Shown: positions 22,523-31,367, counted from the stretch's first letter. The stretch: 31,849 nt of DNA from an uncultured Candidatus Saccharibacteria bacterium (GCA_964648955.1 CAZYNJ010000003.1:1-31849), one strand, 5' to 3'. Program-made: numbers and translations. The notes: a model not told the origin generated them from the sequence alone.

Positions 22523-23572
22523 ATGTCTAAAATGCCTAAGAAGAACTATAGGGTTATATCATGTGAAGGGGGTGATCAGTTTGGAAAGGCAGATGCAATA
22601 TTAACATTCTCAAAGAAATTTCTAGAGCGAGGAGTATCTATTACCTTCTCTTCCTTTCCCATGTATGCTTCTCCCTTTGGAACTGTAATAAGAGAGTTCT
22701 TAAAGAATGGGATGGAGGACTTTAAATTTCCTCCATTAAAGGAATTGAGGATAAAGATGGCTCTCTATGCCCTAGATAGGCTCCAGTTTCTGGATGTCAT
22801 ATTATCTAATCCAGAATATAAGAAGACTTTGATCCTACTCGATCGTAGCTCTTTCAGTAATGCTGTGACTCTTGCATATGGAATTGTAAATATAAAAGAT
22901 TTTAGAAGGAAAGAAGATACAAATTCTTTTCTTAAATATGCATTCTGGGTAGATGGTTTAATGATTAGAAAATTAAAATTAAAGAATTGTGTTGTACAGA
23001 TGGTTTCTGCGAATAACTCTTGGAGCAATGTCAGAAATGAACAGCAGGATATAAATGAGAATGAGGATGTACAGAGAATTACAGAAAAAACATATAAGCT
23101 AAATCAAGAGAAGGTAGGTGATGGGTGGAAAAGAATTATTACAAAAGACAAAGGGGGCTGGGTAGATAGAGATAAGATTTTTAATAATATCTATGATTTT
23201 GCTGTAGAGAGGATGGGAGCATTCAATCTAGAGACTTTTCCTAAAAAATATACAGTAAACATTAGGGAGGTATTAGAGAATTCATATCCAGGGGCAGTAG
23301 TTAAGCAGAAGGATATAGATAAATACTTGGAAGCTCTCAATGAGAATGATAAAGATACAATGCATGAATATGGGATGAAAGTAGGAGAGCAGATAGGGAG
23401 ATCTTGTGAGAGATTTGTCTTGAAAAATGAAGATGTACAGCAAATGTTTTGCAAGATATTAAGAAGACAGTCAGAGAAATTGGAGATATTGAAAGTTTTG
23501 AGTAGATATATGGGAGAGGGATTTAAGGATAAGATATTAGATTCTATAGACGAATGGACAAAAGAGAATTAG
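22523..23572 (+). CDS. Thymidylate-kinase-like protein with a degenerate P-loop and C-terminal extension, 349 aa
   Basis: 'ISCEGGDQFGK', 'LYALDR' and 'LILLDRSSFSN' parallel the Tmk motifs FEGxDGxGK, LFxADR and VIxDRYxxS. Confidence 0.7.
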   Translation: MSKMPKKNYRVISCEGGDQFGKADAILTFSKKFLERGVSITFSSFPMYASPFGTVIREFLKNGMEDFKFPPLKELRIKMALYALDRLQFLDVILSNPEYKKTLILLDRSSFSNAVTLAYGIVNIKDFRRKEDTNSFLKYAFWVDGLMIRKLKLKNCVVQMVSANNSWSNVRNEQQDINENEDVQRITEKTYKLNQEKVGDGWKRIITKDKGGWVDRDKIFNNIYDFAVERMGAFNLETFPKKYTVNIREVLENSYPGAVVKQKDIDKYLEALNENDKDTMHEYGMKVGEQIGRSCERFVLKNEDVQQMFCKILRRQSEKLEILKVLSRYMGEGFKDKILDSIDEWTKEN

Positions 23573-24192
23573 CAGAAAAGCTTTTACAGGAGATAGAGGG
23601 AATCTTTCCAAAGGCTGAAACTGAGTTAAAGAATTGGGAGACACCCTTTCAATTTCTCATAACTATTCTTCTTTCTGCACAGACTACAGATAAGCAGGTT
23701 AACAAGGTAACAAAGGGACTCTTTGATAGATATCCAACAGCTAAGACACTAAGAAAGGTAGATACGAAAGAGATAGAAAAATATATCAGATCGGTTAATT
23801 ACTTTAGAACGAAGGCTAGACATATAAAAGAGACGGCCAATATTTTAGAAAGAGATTTCAATGGGAATCCCCCTAAAGATTTAAATAAGTTAATGATACT
23901 CCCCGGGGTAGGGTATAAGACGGCAAATGTATTCCTTAATGATTTGTATAAAGCTAATCAGGGGATAGCAGTAGATACTCATGTAGCTAGAGTAGCTAGA
24001 GCATATGGTTTAACCAAGGAGAAAGATTCTAATAAGATAGCGAAGGACTTAGAGAAATTATATCCCAGGAAGGATTGGTATAAGGTTAATAGTAGTTTTG
24101 TACTGTATGGGAGATATATATTAAAAGCAAAGAGACCAGAGATGAAGAAAGTTGTATTTAAAGAGTTTCTGATTAGAAAAGAGGGGAACTAA
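23554..24192 (+). CDS. nth: Endonuclease III (HhH-GPD glycosylase/lyase) lacking the Fe-S cysteines
   Basis: LLSAQTTD, HhH LPGVGYKTA (catalytic Lys) and AVDTHV (catalytic Asp). Confidence 0.92.
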   Translation: MDKRELAEKLLQEIEGIFPKAETELKNWETPFQFLITILLSAQTTDKQVNKVTKGLFDRYPTAKTLRKVDTKEIEKYIRSVNYFRTKARHIKETANILERDFNGNPPKDLNKLMILPGVGYKTANVFLNDLYKANQGIAVDTHVARVARAYGLTKEKDSNKIAKDLEKLYPRKDWYKVNSSFVLYGRYILKAKRPEMKKVVFKEFLIRKEGN

Positions 24193-24311
24193 GGTACGTA
24201 AAAGTCCTTTCCTTCAACAACCTTTTCTGGTACAATACCCTCTGTAGCGATTAATATTAGTTGTGTGTAAGTACTAGCTACTAAGTATTACACCACCATG
24301 GGGAAATCCAA

Positions 24312-25559
24312 ATGGAAGATAAAAAAATTAACGCCAAAGAGAAGGCATTGTATTCTCAAATGGACAAATTTCTTTCTGATAAAGCCAACAAGTTAAAGAC
24401 CCTTTCGAAGGGTGATATTGTCAAAGGTATAATTGTAGATATTAGGAGTGGAATAGTTGTTGTAGATGTAGGATATAAGTCTGAAGGTATTATTGCAGGG
24501 AGAGAATTGAAAAGTGATGCACTAGATTGGACAACATTGGTAGTAGGTGATGATATTTTAGTATATGTTGTTAAGCCAGAAGATGATAAAGGTCAATTAG
24601 TACTCTCTATTAGACGAACCCAACAAGCAAGTCTTTGGATTAAGCTTGAGAAGGCTAAGGTAGATAATGAAGTTGTTGAAGCAGTAGTAGTAGAGGCTAA
24701 TAATGGAGGATTAATCGTTGAATTGGGGAAGAATGTAAGAGGCTTTATACCTACTTCTCAATTAGATGCATCTAGGATATATTCTAGTGGTGTAAGACAG
24801 GTTGGTAAAGATATCTCCTCTGAAGTTCAAAAGAAACTTAACTCATTAATTGGAGAGGTAATTAAAACGAGGATTAGTGAGCTTAACAGAGAAAAGAATA
24901 GAATTATTCTTTCTGAAAAAATGGTAACACAAGAAAGGGATCTTGCACAAAGAGATGAAACATTGAAGAAACTAAAGGAAGGTGAGACATTAGAAGGAAC
25001 AGTCAGTGGTATTACTCCTTACGGAATATTTGTCAATGCACAAGGCCTAGAAGGGCTCGTACACCTCTCAGAACTATCATGGGACAAGGTTGAGGATATT
25101 GGAAAACTCTATGCTGTTGGAGATAAGGTGAATGTAATGGTGATTGGTGTTTCTGATGGTGGGAAGAGAGTAGCCTACAGTGTGAAGAGGTTACAAAACG
25201 ATCCATGGTCTGAAGCAATTGCCAAATTCAAGATGGGAGATGTTGTTGAGGGAGTTGTTCAAAAGGTAGTTCCTTACGGAGCATTTGTAAGAATAGGGAA
25301 GGGACTGAACGGATTAATCCATATATCTGAGCTTTCTAACAAGTTAGTAAAAGATCCAGCGGACATCGTAAAGGAAGGACAGGAAGTCAAAGTAAAGATA
25401 CTATCAATTTCTTCCACCGAAAGACATTTAGGATTAAGTCTCAAGGCTATGACCGCTTCTAAGAAAGTAGCTAAGAAAATAGAGAAAGAGCTAACTAAAG
25501 AAGAACTTAAAGAAGCTGTAGATGAAGCAGTAAGTGCGGAGATTTCAAAAGCAAGTTAA
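24312..25559 (+). CDS. rpsA: 30S ribosomal protein S1 (four S1 domains)
   Basis: VDVGYKSEG, GFIPTSQL, PYGIFV...EGLVHLSEL and PYGAFV...GLIHISEL repeats. Promoter TG-G-TACAAT at 24228-24236. Confidence 0.95.
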   Translation: MEDKKINAKEKALYSQMDKFLSDKANKLKTLSKGDIVKGIIVDIRSGIVVVDVGYKSEGIIAGRELKSDALDWTTLVVGDDILVYVVKPEDDKGQLVLSIRRTQQASLWIKLEKAKVDNEVVEAVVVEANNGGLIVELGKNVRGFIPTSQLDASRIYSSGVRQVGKDISSEVQKKLNSLIGEVIKTRISELNREKNRIILSEKMVTQERDLAQRDETLKKLKEGETLEGTVSGITPYGIFVNAQGLEGLVHLSELSWDKVEDIGKLYAVGDKVNVMVIGVSDGGKRVAYSVKRLQNDPWSEAIAKFKMGDVVEGVVQKVVPYGAFVRIGKGLNGLIHISELSNKLVKDPADIVKEGQEVKVKILSISSTERHLGLSLKAMTASKKVAKKIEKELTKEELKEAVDEAVSAEISKAS

Positions 25560-25619
25560 GAGAATCCTTTTTAGGAAAGCATTTTGGTATAATATACCAG
25601 TATATTTTGTTACAAAGAA

Positions 25620-28115
25620 ATGGCTAAAAGAATATTGATAAAGAATATAAGGACATGGAGGTTGAGTAATAACGCAAGGATATCTTTGAGATATGCTAGT
25701 GTCATTGCGGAATACTTGGGGGACAAATTAGTATCTCCTACTCATATATTCGTGGGGATATTACTTAATAGTGATAATCTTGTATCTCAAGTGATGGAAG
25801 AGATGGGGATTAATAAAAATGACCTAATAGAGAAAGTGGTAGGGAGAGATTCTTTGGATATAACGACAGATATTTCAAAGCCTCAAGAAGTAAAACTTTC
25901 CCCAGCTGCACAAGAGATTTTGAGAAAGGCATATGGTTGGTCTCAAAAGCTTTTTCATGTATATGTAGGAAGTGAGCATGTGATGATGGCATTGCTTTCT
26001 GATAAAGATATACTTAAAAAAGTTAAAGGTTTTAATTTAACAAAGACAAGCTTTGAAGAAACTTTAGGACAGGTGGCAACATATCCATTAGGGATACTTT
26101 CAAAGCCTAGACTTCCTCAAGAATTCGTTGGGGATTTCTCCTTAATTGATTCTCTTGGTGTGGATTTGGTTGAAAAAGCTAAGAAAGGAGAATTAGATCC
26201 ATTAATTGGGAGAGAGGAGGAGATCAAGGAGATGATAAATATCTTAAGTAGAAGAAAGAAGAATAATCCTTTGATAGTAGGGCCCTCCGGAGTGGGGAAG
26301 ACAGTTCTAGTAGAAGGTTTAGCACAGAGAATTTCTGAAGGGAGGGTTCCATCTTCTTTGGTTGGGTGTAGGGTTATATATTTGGATATCAATGGAATAA
26401 TGGCAGGGAGTAGAATGAGAGGTGATATTGAAGAAAAGGTCATGACAATTATTCGCGAAGTTATTGCTTCTAAAAGAATAATTCTTTTCATAGATGAAAT
26501 TCAGAATGTTCTTAACTCTGGAATGTCAGGAGGATCTTCTGAGATTGCATCTGTATTAAAACCAGCATTACTACAAGGGGGTTTTAGGTGTATAGGAGCA
26601 ACAACGAGGGAAGAATTTACAAGGAGTTTTAGTAGTGATAGTGCATTTTCTAGAAGATTTCAACCATTAAAATTGGAAGAACCTTCTATAGAAGATACTA
26701 TAGAAATATTAAGAAAGACGAAACCTTTTTTAGAATCACATCATAAGGTTAATATTAGTGAAGAGGCTATAAAGGTCTCTGTGGTTTTGTCCAACAGATA
26801 TGTTACGGATAGATATTTACCAGACAAGGCAATAGATTTAATAGATGAGGCATCTGCTTCAAAGAAGGTTGATGTGGAAGATGAGTATCAGAATTTACCG
26901 ATATTAATTAAGCAGTATAAAGAGGTGAGGAGAAGGAAAGAAGAAGAGGTTTTGAAAGAAAATATGAAGAAAGCAGAGGAATTAAGGAAGAAAGAGGAGG
27001 TGTTAAAAAAGAAAATAAAGGTATTGAGGACAGAGTGTAGTAGGAAGAAGAGAAGCAAGTCTAATGAAGTAAGTATAGATGATGTCCGAAAAGTATTATC
27101 TAAATGGACTGGAATACCGGTTAATACTTTGGGAGTTAATGAGAAATCAGAACTTCTTCGGTTAGAAGATTCTCTAAAGAAGAAGGTGATAGGGCAGGAC
27201 GAAGCAGTAGGGAATGTAAGTTCGGCTATAAAGAGGGCAAGGACAGGTATTTCAGATATGGATAGACCGTGGGCATCCTTCCTGTTTTTGGGACCTACTG
27301 GAGTAGGAAAAACAGAATTGGCGAAAGTTTTAACAAAGGAACTCTTTGGTGATGAGAAGAGGTTAGTCCAGGTTGATATGAGTGAGATGATGGAGAAGCA
27401 TAGTGTTTCCAAATTGATAGGATCTCCTCCAGGATATGTTGGATATCAAGAAGGTGGAAGGCTAACCGAAGCTATCAGAAGGCAACCTCACTCGATAATT
27501 CTCTTTGACGAGATAGAGAAGGCTCATCCGGATGTTTTAAATATTCTTTTACAGATATTGGAGTATGGTCATTTAACAGATGGAAAGGGGAAGTCTGTCA
27601 ACTTCAAGAATACCGTCATTATATTAACCTCTAACATTGGAGCAGAAGAGATAAGGGAGAATAAGGTGTTAGGTTTTGGTCAGTTGGGGAAGAATGAAAG
27701 AGTAGACAAGGAAATAGAGGGAGCATATGAATCTATGAAAAGAAAATTAGTATCAAAACTTAAGGATACTCTTAGGCCTGAGTTACTTAATCGTTTAGAT
27801 GATATTGTAATATTTAGAGCTTTGACTAGGAGGGATGCTAGAAGGATTGTTAGATTACTAGTAGCAGGATTGAATGAGAGGCTAGAAGATCAAGGATATA
27901 AAGTTTCCCTAGATAGCAAGGTTATTACTAAGATTGTGAAAGAAGGTTTTAGTGAAGAGTATGGTGCACGACCGTTAAGAAGAGCTATTCAGGATAGTAT
28001 TGAGAATGTAATAGCAGACTATATTCTAAAAAAAGGAGAGAGGATTGTTACTGAGAAATTAGAGAAGATATCTATCACAGTTGGGAAAAGTGGAAAGATT
28101 TTAATAAAAAAGTAA
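25620..28115 (+). CDS. clpC: ATP-dependent Clp protease ATP-binding subunit, ClpC type
   Basis: Clp-N repeats, two Walker A motifs (GPSGVGKT, GPTGVGKT), short coiled-coil M domain, GSPPGYVG and a ClpP-docking LGF loop. Confidence 0.92.
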   Translation: MAKRILIKNIRTWRLSNNARISLRYASVIAEYLGDKLVSPTHIFVGILLNSDNLVSQVMEEMGINKNDLIEKVVGRDSLDITTDISKPQEVKLSPAAQEILRKAYGWSQKLFHVYVGSEHVMMALLSDKDILKKVKGFNLTKTSFEETLGQVATYPLGILSKPRLPQEFVGDFSLIDSLGVDLVEKAKKGELDPLIGREEEIKEMINILSRRKKNNPLIVGPSGVGKTVLVEGLAQRISEGRVPSSLVGCRVIYLDINGIMAGSRMRGDIEEKVMTIIREVIASKRIILFIDEIQNVLNSGMSGGSSEIASVLKPALLQGGFRCIGATTREEFTRSFSSDSAFSRRFQPLKLEEPSIEDTIEILRKTKPFLESHHKVNISEEAIKVSVVLSNRYVTDRYLPDKAIDLIDEASASKKVDVEDEYQNLPILIKQYKEVRRRKEEEVLKENMKKAEELRKKEEVLKKKIKVLRTECSRKKRSKSNEVSIDDVRKVLSKWTGIPVNTLGVNEKSELLRLEDSLKKKVIGQDEAVGNVSSAIKRARTGISDMDRPWASFLFLGPTGVGKTELAKVLTKELFGDEKRLVQVDMSEMMEKHSVSKLIGSPPGYVGYQEGGRLTEAIRRQPHSIILFDEIEKAHPDVLNILLQILEYGHLTDGKGKSVNFKNTVIILTSNIGAEEIRENKVLGFGQLGKNERVDKEIEGAYESMKRKLVSKLKDTLRPELLNRLDDIVIFRALTRRDARRIVRLLVAGLNERLEDQGYKVSLDSKVITKIVKEGFSEEYGARPLRRAIQDSIENVIADYILKKGERIVTEKLEKISITVGKSGKILIKK

Positions 28116-28137
28116 TTACTTTGGGATATAATCAAAT

Positions 28138-29484
28138 ATGAAATATACATGTACAACATGTGGGGCAGAATCGTTGAAGTGGGCGGGGAAATGTCCTGCT
28201 TGTGGGGAATGGGGGACATTAGAGGAGTTAAAGGAGAGTGCTTCAAAGAAAGAGATTGTATCAAAGGTCGATCCAGCAGTGTATCAATATCTTTTAGATG
28301 AGAAACAGGCTCTTTCTTCAAGAATATCTCGTACAAGTACGAGTATTTCAGAGTTTGATAGAGTTCTTGGTGGTGGCATTATCCCTGGGGAAGTAATTCT
28401 TGTTTCAGGGGAGCCTGGGGTAGGGAAATCTACCTTGTTACTCCAGATAGCATTGAATATAGCGAAGGAGGAAAAGGTGCTCTACATCGCAGGGGAGGAG
28501 TCTCCAAGCCAATTATATTCAAGGGTTGATAGATTGTTACCTAAAAAGGATCAAAGGGATAAGTTAAAGAAGAATCTTCTAGTTACAGATGAAATTAATG
28601 TAGATAAATTAGAATCTTTAATTTCAGCAGAAGAGTTTGGTTTAGTAATAGCGGATTCTATACAGAGTTTAGTCTCTGATAAAGCAAGGGGATATTCTGG
28701 GAGTATCGGACAAGTGAGGGTTGCTGGTGCGGTCCTGACTAGAGTTGCTAAAGAGACTGCAATACCGATATTAATGGTAGGTCAAATCAACAAGGTAGGG
28801 AATATTGCAGGTCCTAAGGTTTTGGAACATATTGTTGATTGTGTCCTATATTTTGAAGGAGGAAAGTTTAATCAGTACAGGATATTAAGAGGGATGAAGA
28901 ACAGGTTTGGTTCTACTAATGAGATAGGAGTTTTTGAAATGACATCCTTCGGATTAAAAGAGGTTGGAAATCCATCATTAGTATTTCTAGATGATGCTAA
29001 CAAGTCATCTGGTAGTGCGATTGGTGCAATTTTACAAGGCTCTAGAGTTGTTTTCGTAGAAGTACAAGCCTTGGTTGTAGAAAGGGAATATGAGGGTGGG
29101 CCTTTGAGGAGGGTCGCCAATGGTATTAAGAAGCCACGATTAGATATGTTATGTGCTGTTCTTTCTAGGAAAGGTGGAGTATTTCTTGGAAATATGGATG
29201 TCTTTGTTAACGTAGTAGGTGGATTAACAGTTACTAATCCCTCTCTAGACCTAGCAATTTGTGCTGCTATTAAGTCTGCAGTTAAGGACAAAGTCCTTAA
29301 TAGGGAGTCTATATATTTTGGAGAAGTTGGGCTTACAGGAGAGGTTAGGGGGTCTTGGGGAATAGATTCTGTATTATCAGAGGCGTCCAGAGTTGGTTAC
29401 AAATCTGCAATTGTTGGAAGGTCTAGGGTTAAAAGAGTGGGAGAGTTGTTAGTAAAGAAGATTTCGAAGCTTCCTACACTCTGA
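28138..29484 (+). CDS. radA: DNA repair protein RadA/Sms
   Basis: C4 zinc finger CTTC...CPAC, Walker A GEPGVGKST, KNRFG motif and Lon-like C-terminal domain. Confidence 0.96.
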   Translation: MKYTCTTCGAESLKWAGKCPACGEWGTLEELKESASKKEIVSKVDPAVYQYLLDEKQALSSRISRTSTSISEFDRVLGGGIIPGEVILVSGEPGVGKSTLLLQIALNIAKEEKVLYIAGEESPSQLYSRVDRLLPKKDQRDKLKKNLLVTDEINVDKLESLISAEEFGLVIADSIQSLVSDKARGYSGSIGQVRVAGAVLTRVAKETAIPILMVGQINKVGNIAGPKVLEHIVDCVLYFEGGKFNQYRILRGMKNRFGSTNEIGVFEMTSFGLKEVGNPSLVFLDDANKSSGSAIGAILQGSRVVFVEVQALVVEREYEGGPLRRVANGIKKPRLDMLCAVLSRKGGVFLGNMDVFVNVVGGLTVTNPSLDLAICAAIKSAVKDKVLNRESIYFGEVGLTGEVRGSWGIDSVLSEASRVGYKSAIVGRSRVKRVGELLVKKISKLPTL

Positions 29485-29655
29485 CTTTTTATTTTCAAAC
29501 AACCTATCCACTAGAAATGTAACACCGATTTCTTATAAAAGACTTCCGTAACATTAGAAAAGATTAGAAAAAGGAGGAGAGGGAGGACTGTTGTTCTATA
29601 GAGGAATATTGCACCTCAGATCTTTCCTGGGGGTAGGTGGATAAGGTTTATAGGA

Positions 29656-29684
29656 TTGACAGGGAATAAACTCTAAGGTATACT
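29656..29684 (+). promoter_or_regulatory. Near-consensus sigma70 promoter of the putative ncRNA
   Basis: TTGACA (29656-29661), 17 nt, TATACT (29679-29684). Confidence 0.85.
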
Positions 29685-29690
29685 CTTTTA

Positions 29691-29963
29691 GCACTTTTAG
29701 AAATGATTGTGGATATCATGAACTATATCTTTTGTCTGGGGGCGAAACCATCTGGGCAAAAGCTAGAGTTCATGATTTCTAATTCTTAGATTGAAGTTGT
29801 CTTCTTCTCCCAGGGTTTGGTGTGGCGAAACCATTTACTGAGCCCTTGGAAAAGAAGATAGGGAAGCATCTAAGGATGTTCTTCAATTTCTTTTATCTAC
29901 ATAATTATGTAGAAAGAAGAGACTGGGGTCGGTTGGGGCAGTACCGATCCCTACTTCTTTTTT
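29691..29963 (+). ncRNA. Putative unannotated structured ncRNA (~270 nt)
   Basis: Bounded by a consensus promoter and a terminator-like hairpin. Folds into long hairpins 29715-29776 and 29799-29859, both capped by GG-CGAAA-CC-A. No ORF of 60 aa or more. Confidence 0.6.
29925..29963 (+). terminator. Probable intrinsic terminator of the putative ncRNA
   Basis: GGGGTCGGT/ACCGATCCC stem (29925-29951) followed by TACTTCTTTTTT. Confidence 0.7.
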
Positions 29964-29970
29964 ATAAAGT

Positions 29971-29999
29971 TTGACTTCATTGTTTTGTTTCCCTATACT
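29971..29999 (+). promoter_or_regulatory. Sigma70 promoter of rho
   Basis: TTGACT (29971-29976), 17 nt, TATACT (29994-29999). Confidence 0.8.
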
Positions 30000-30056
30000 G
30001 AGTCATAGGCTGATTTTAAAAGCCCTAGCCATTATCTTAATTCCCTTACTATCATT

Positions 30057-31316
30057 ATGAAAGGTCTTACCATTAAGGATGTAGAGCAGAAAACTCTAGC
30101 AGAACTACGTACACAAGCAAAAAATTTAGGAATGAAAGATTTCATGGAACTTACTAAGAGAAGTCTTATGATTGGAATCTTGAGAGCATCAACCGAAAAA
30201 GATGGATATATATTCATTGAAGGAATATTAGATGTATTTAAAGAAGGAACCCACGGATTATTAAGAACAGATGGGGTACTTCCAGGAGAAAATGATGTAT
30301 ATGTATCAGGATCTCAGATAAAGAAATTTAGTTTAAGGACAGGAGATGTTGTTGCTGGTCCTGCTAGATTACCTAAAGACAAAGAAAGATATTTGAGTCT
30401 GTTAAGGGTTGATACTGTATATGGTAAACCCGCAGCAGATGCAGCAAAAAGGCCTGCATTTAAAAAACTTACTCCAATATTTCCTGAAAGACATATTAGA
30501 TTAGAGACTACACAAGAGGTTGTATCCACTAGGATGATAGACCTTCTCAGTCCAATAGGTTTTGGTCAGAGAGCTATGATTGTTTCTCAACCTAAGGCTG
30601 GTAAAACTTGGTTACTGAAAGATATTGCAGCTGGTATTGCAGAGAATCATCCTAAGGCAAAATTAATGGTCGTTTTGGTTGCTGAAAGGCCGGAAGAGGT
30701 TACTGATATGCGAAGATTTGTTAAGGGAGAAGTATTTGCTTCTAACTTTGATGAATTACCTGAGCATAACTGTAGAGTAGCTGAGATGGCATTACAAAAA
30801 GCAAAGAGAATGGTGGAATGGGGGGAAGACGTCATTATCTTAATGGATAGTATCACTCGTCTTGCTAGGGCTTACAATATTACAATGCCTACATCCGGGA
30901 AAACACTTTCAGGTGGTTTTGATCCTGTCGCATTGTATCCTCCAAAGAGATTTTTCGGAGCAGCTAGAAATTTTGAAGAGCAAGGGAGTTTAACAATTGT
31001 TGCTACTGCTTTAGTTGAAACAGGGAGTAGGATGGATGACTTAGTATATGAAGAATTCAAAGGTACAGGGAATATGGAACTTCATTTAGATAGATCTTTA
31101 GCAAACAGAAGGGTATATCCTGCAATCGATGTTATCAAATCTAGTACTAGAAACGAAGAGAAACTATTATCCAAGGAAGTTCTAAATCAATCATGGAGAA
31201 TTAGAAGAATGCTTGAGGTTTTAAATTCCAATGAGAATCCAACGGAGGTTCTAATTCATCAGCTTAAAAAGACAAAGAACAATGAAGAATTTCTTGCTAC
31301 TTTACACGAAGCATAA
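30057..31316 (+). CDS. rho: Transcription termination factor Rho
   Basis: Rho N-terminal and RNA-binding domains ([18 protein letters not shown]), Walker [19 protein letters not shown] and [13 protein letters not shown]. Confidence 0.97.
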   Translation: MKGLTIKDVEQKTLAELRTQAKNLGMKDFMELTKRSLMIGILRASTEKDGYIFIEGILDVFKEGTHGLLRTDGVLPGENDVYVSGSQIKKFSLRTGDVVAGPARLPKDKERYLSLLRVDTVYGKPAADAAKRPAFKKLTPIFPERHIRLETTQEVVSTRMIDLLSPIGFGQRAMIVSQPKAGKTWLLKDIAAGIAENHPKAKLMVVLVAERPEEVTDMRRFVKGEVFASNFDELPEHNCRVAEMALQKAKRMVEWGEDVIILMDSITRLARAYNITMPTSGKTLSGGFDPVALYPPKRFFGAARNFEEQGSLTIVATALVETGSRMDDLVYEEFKGTGNMELHLDRSLANRRVYPAIDVIKSSTRNEEKLLSKEVLNQSWRIRRMLEVLNSNENPTEVLIHQLKKTKNNEEFLATLHEA

Positions 31317-31367
31317 CAGGTTCCTATTTCTGATATAATTGTTGAGATAAAGTTAGGGATACTCTAA

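Noticed and set aside
29824-29846. Hammerhead ribozyme (CGAAA plus CTGA)
   Set aside because: CTGAGCC is not CUGANGA, and there is no room for stems I and III between the motifs.
29896-29913. Palindrome as a dif site or a Cas12a-type repeat
   Set aside because: The CATAA/TTATG arms resemble dif but lack the required 6-bp spacer. The TCTAC/GTAGA stem resembles a Cas12a repeat, but it is a single copy with the wrong 5' flank and loop, and there is no array or cas gene.
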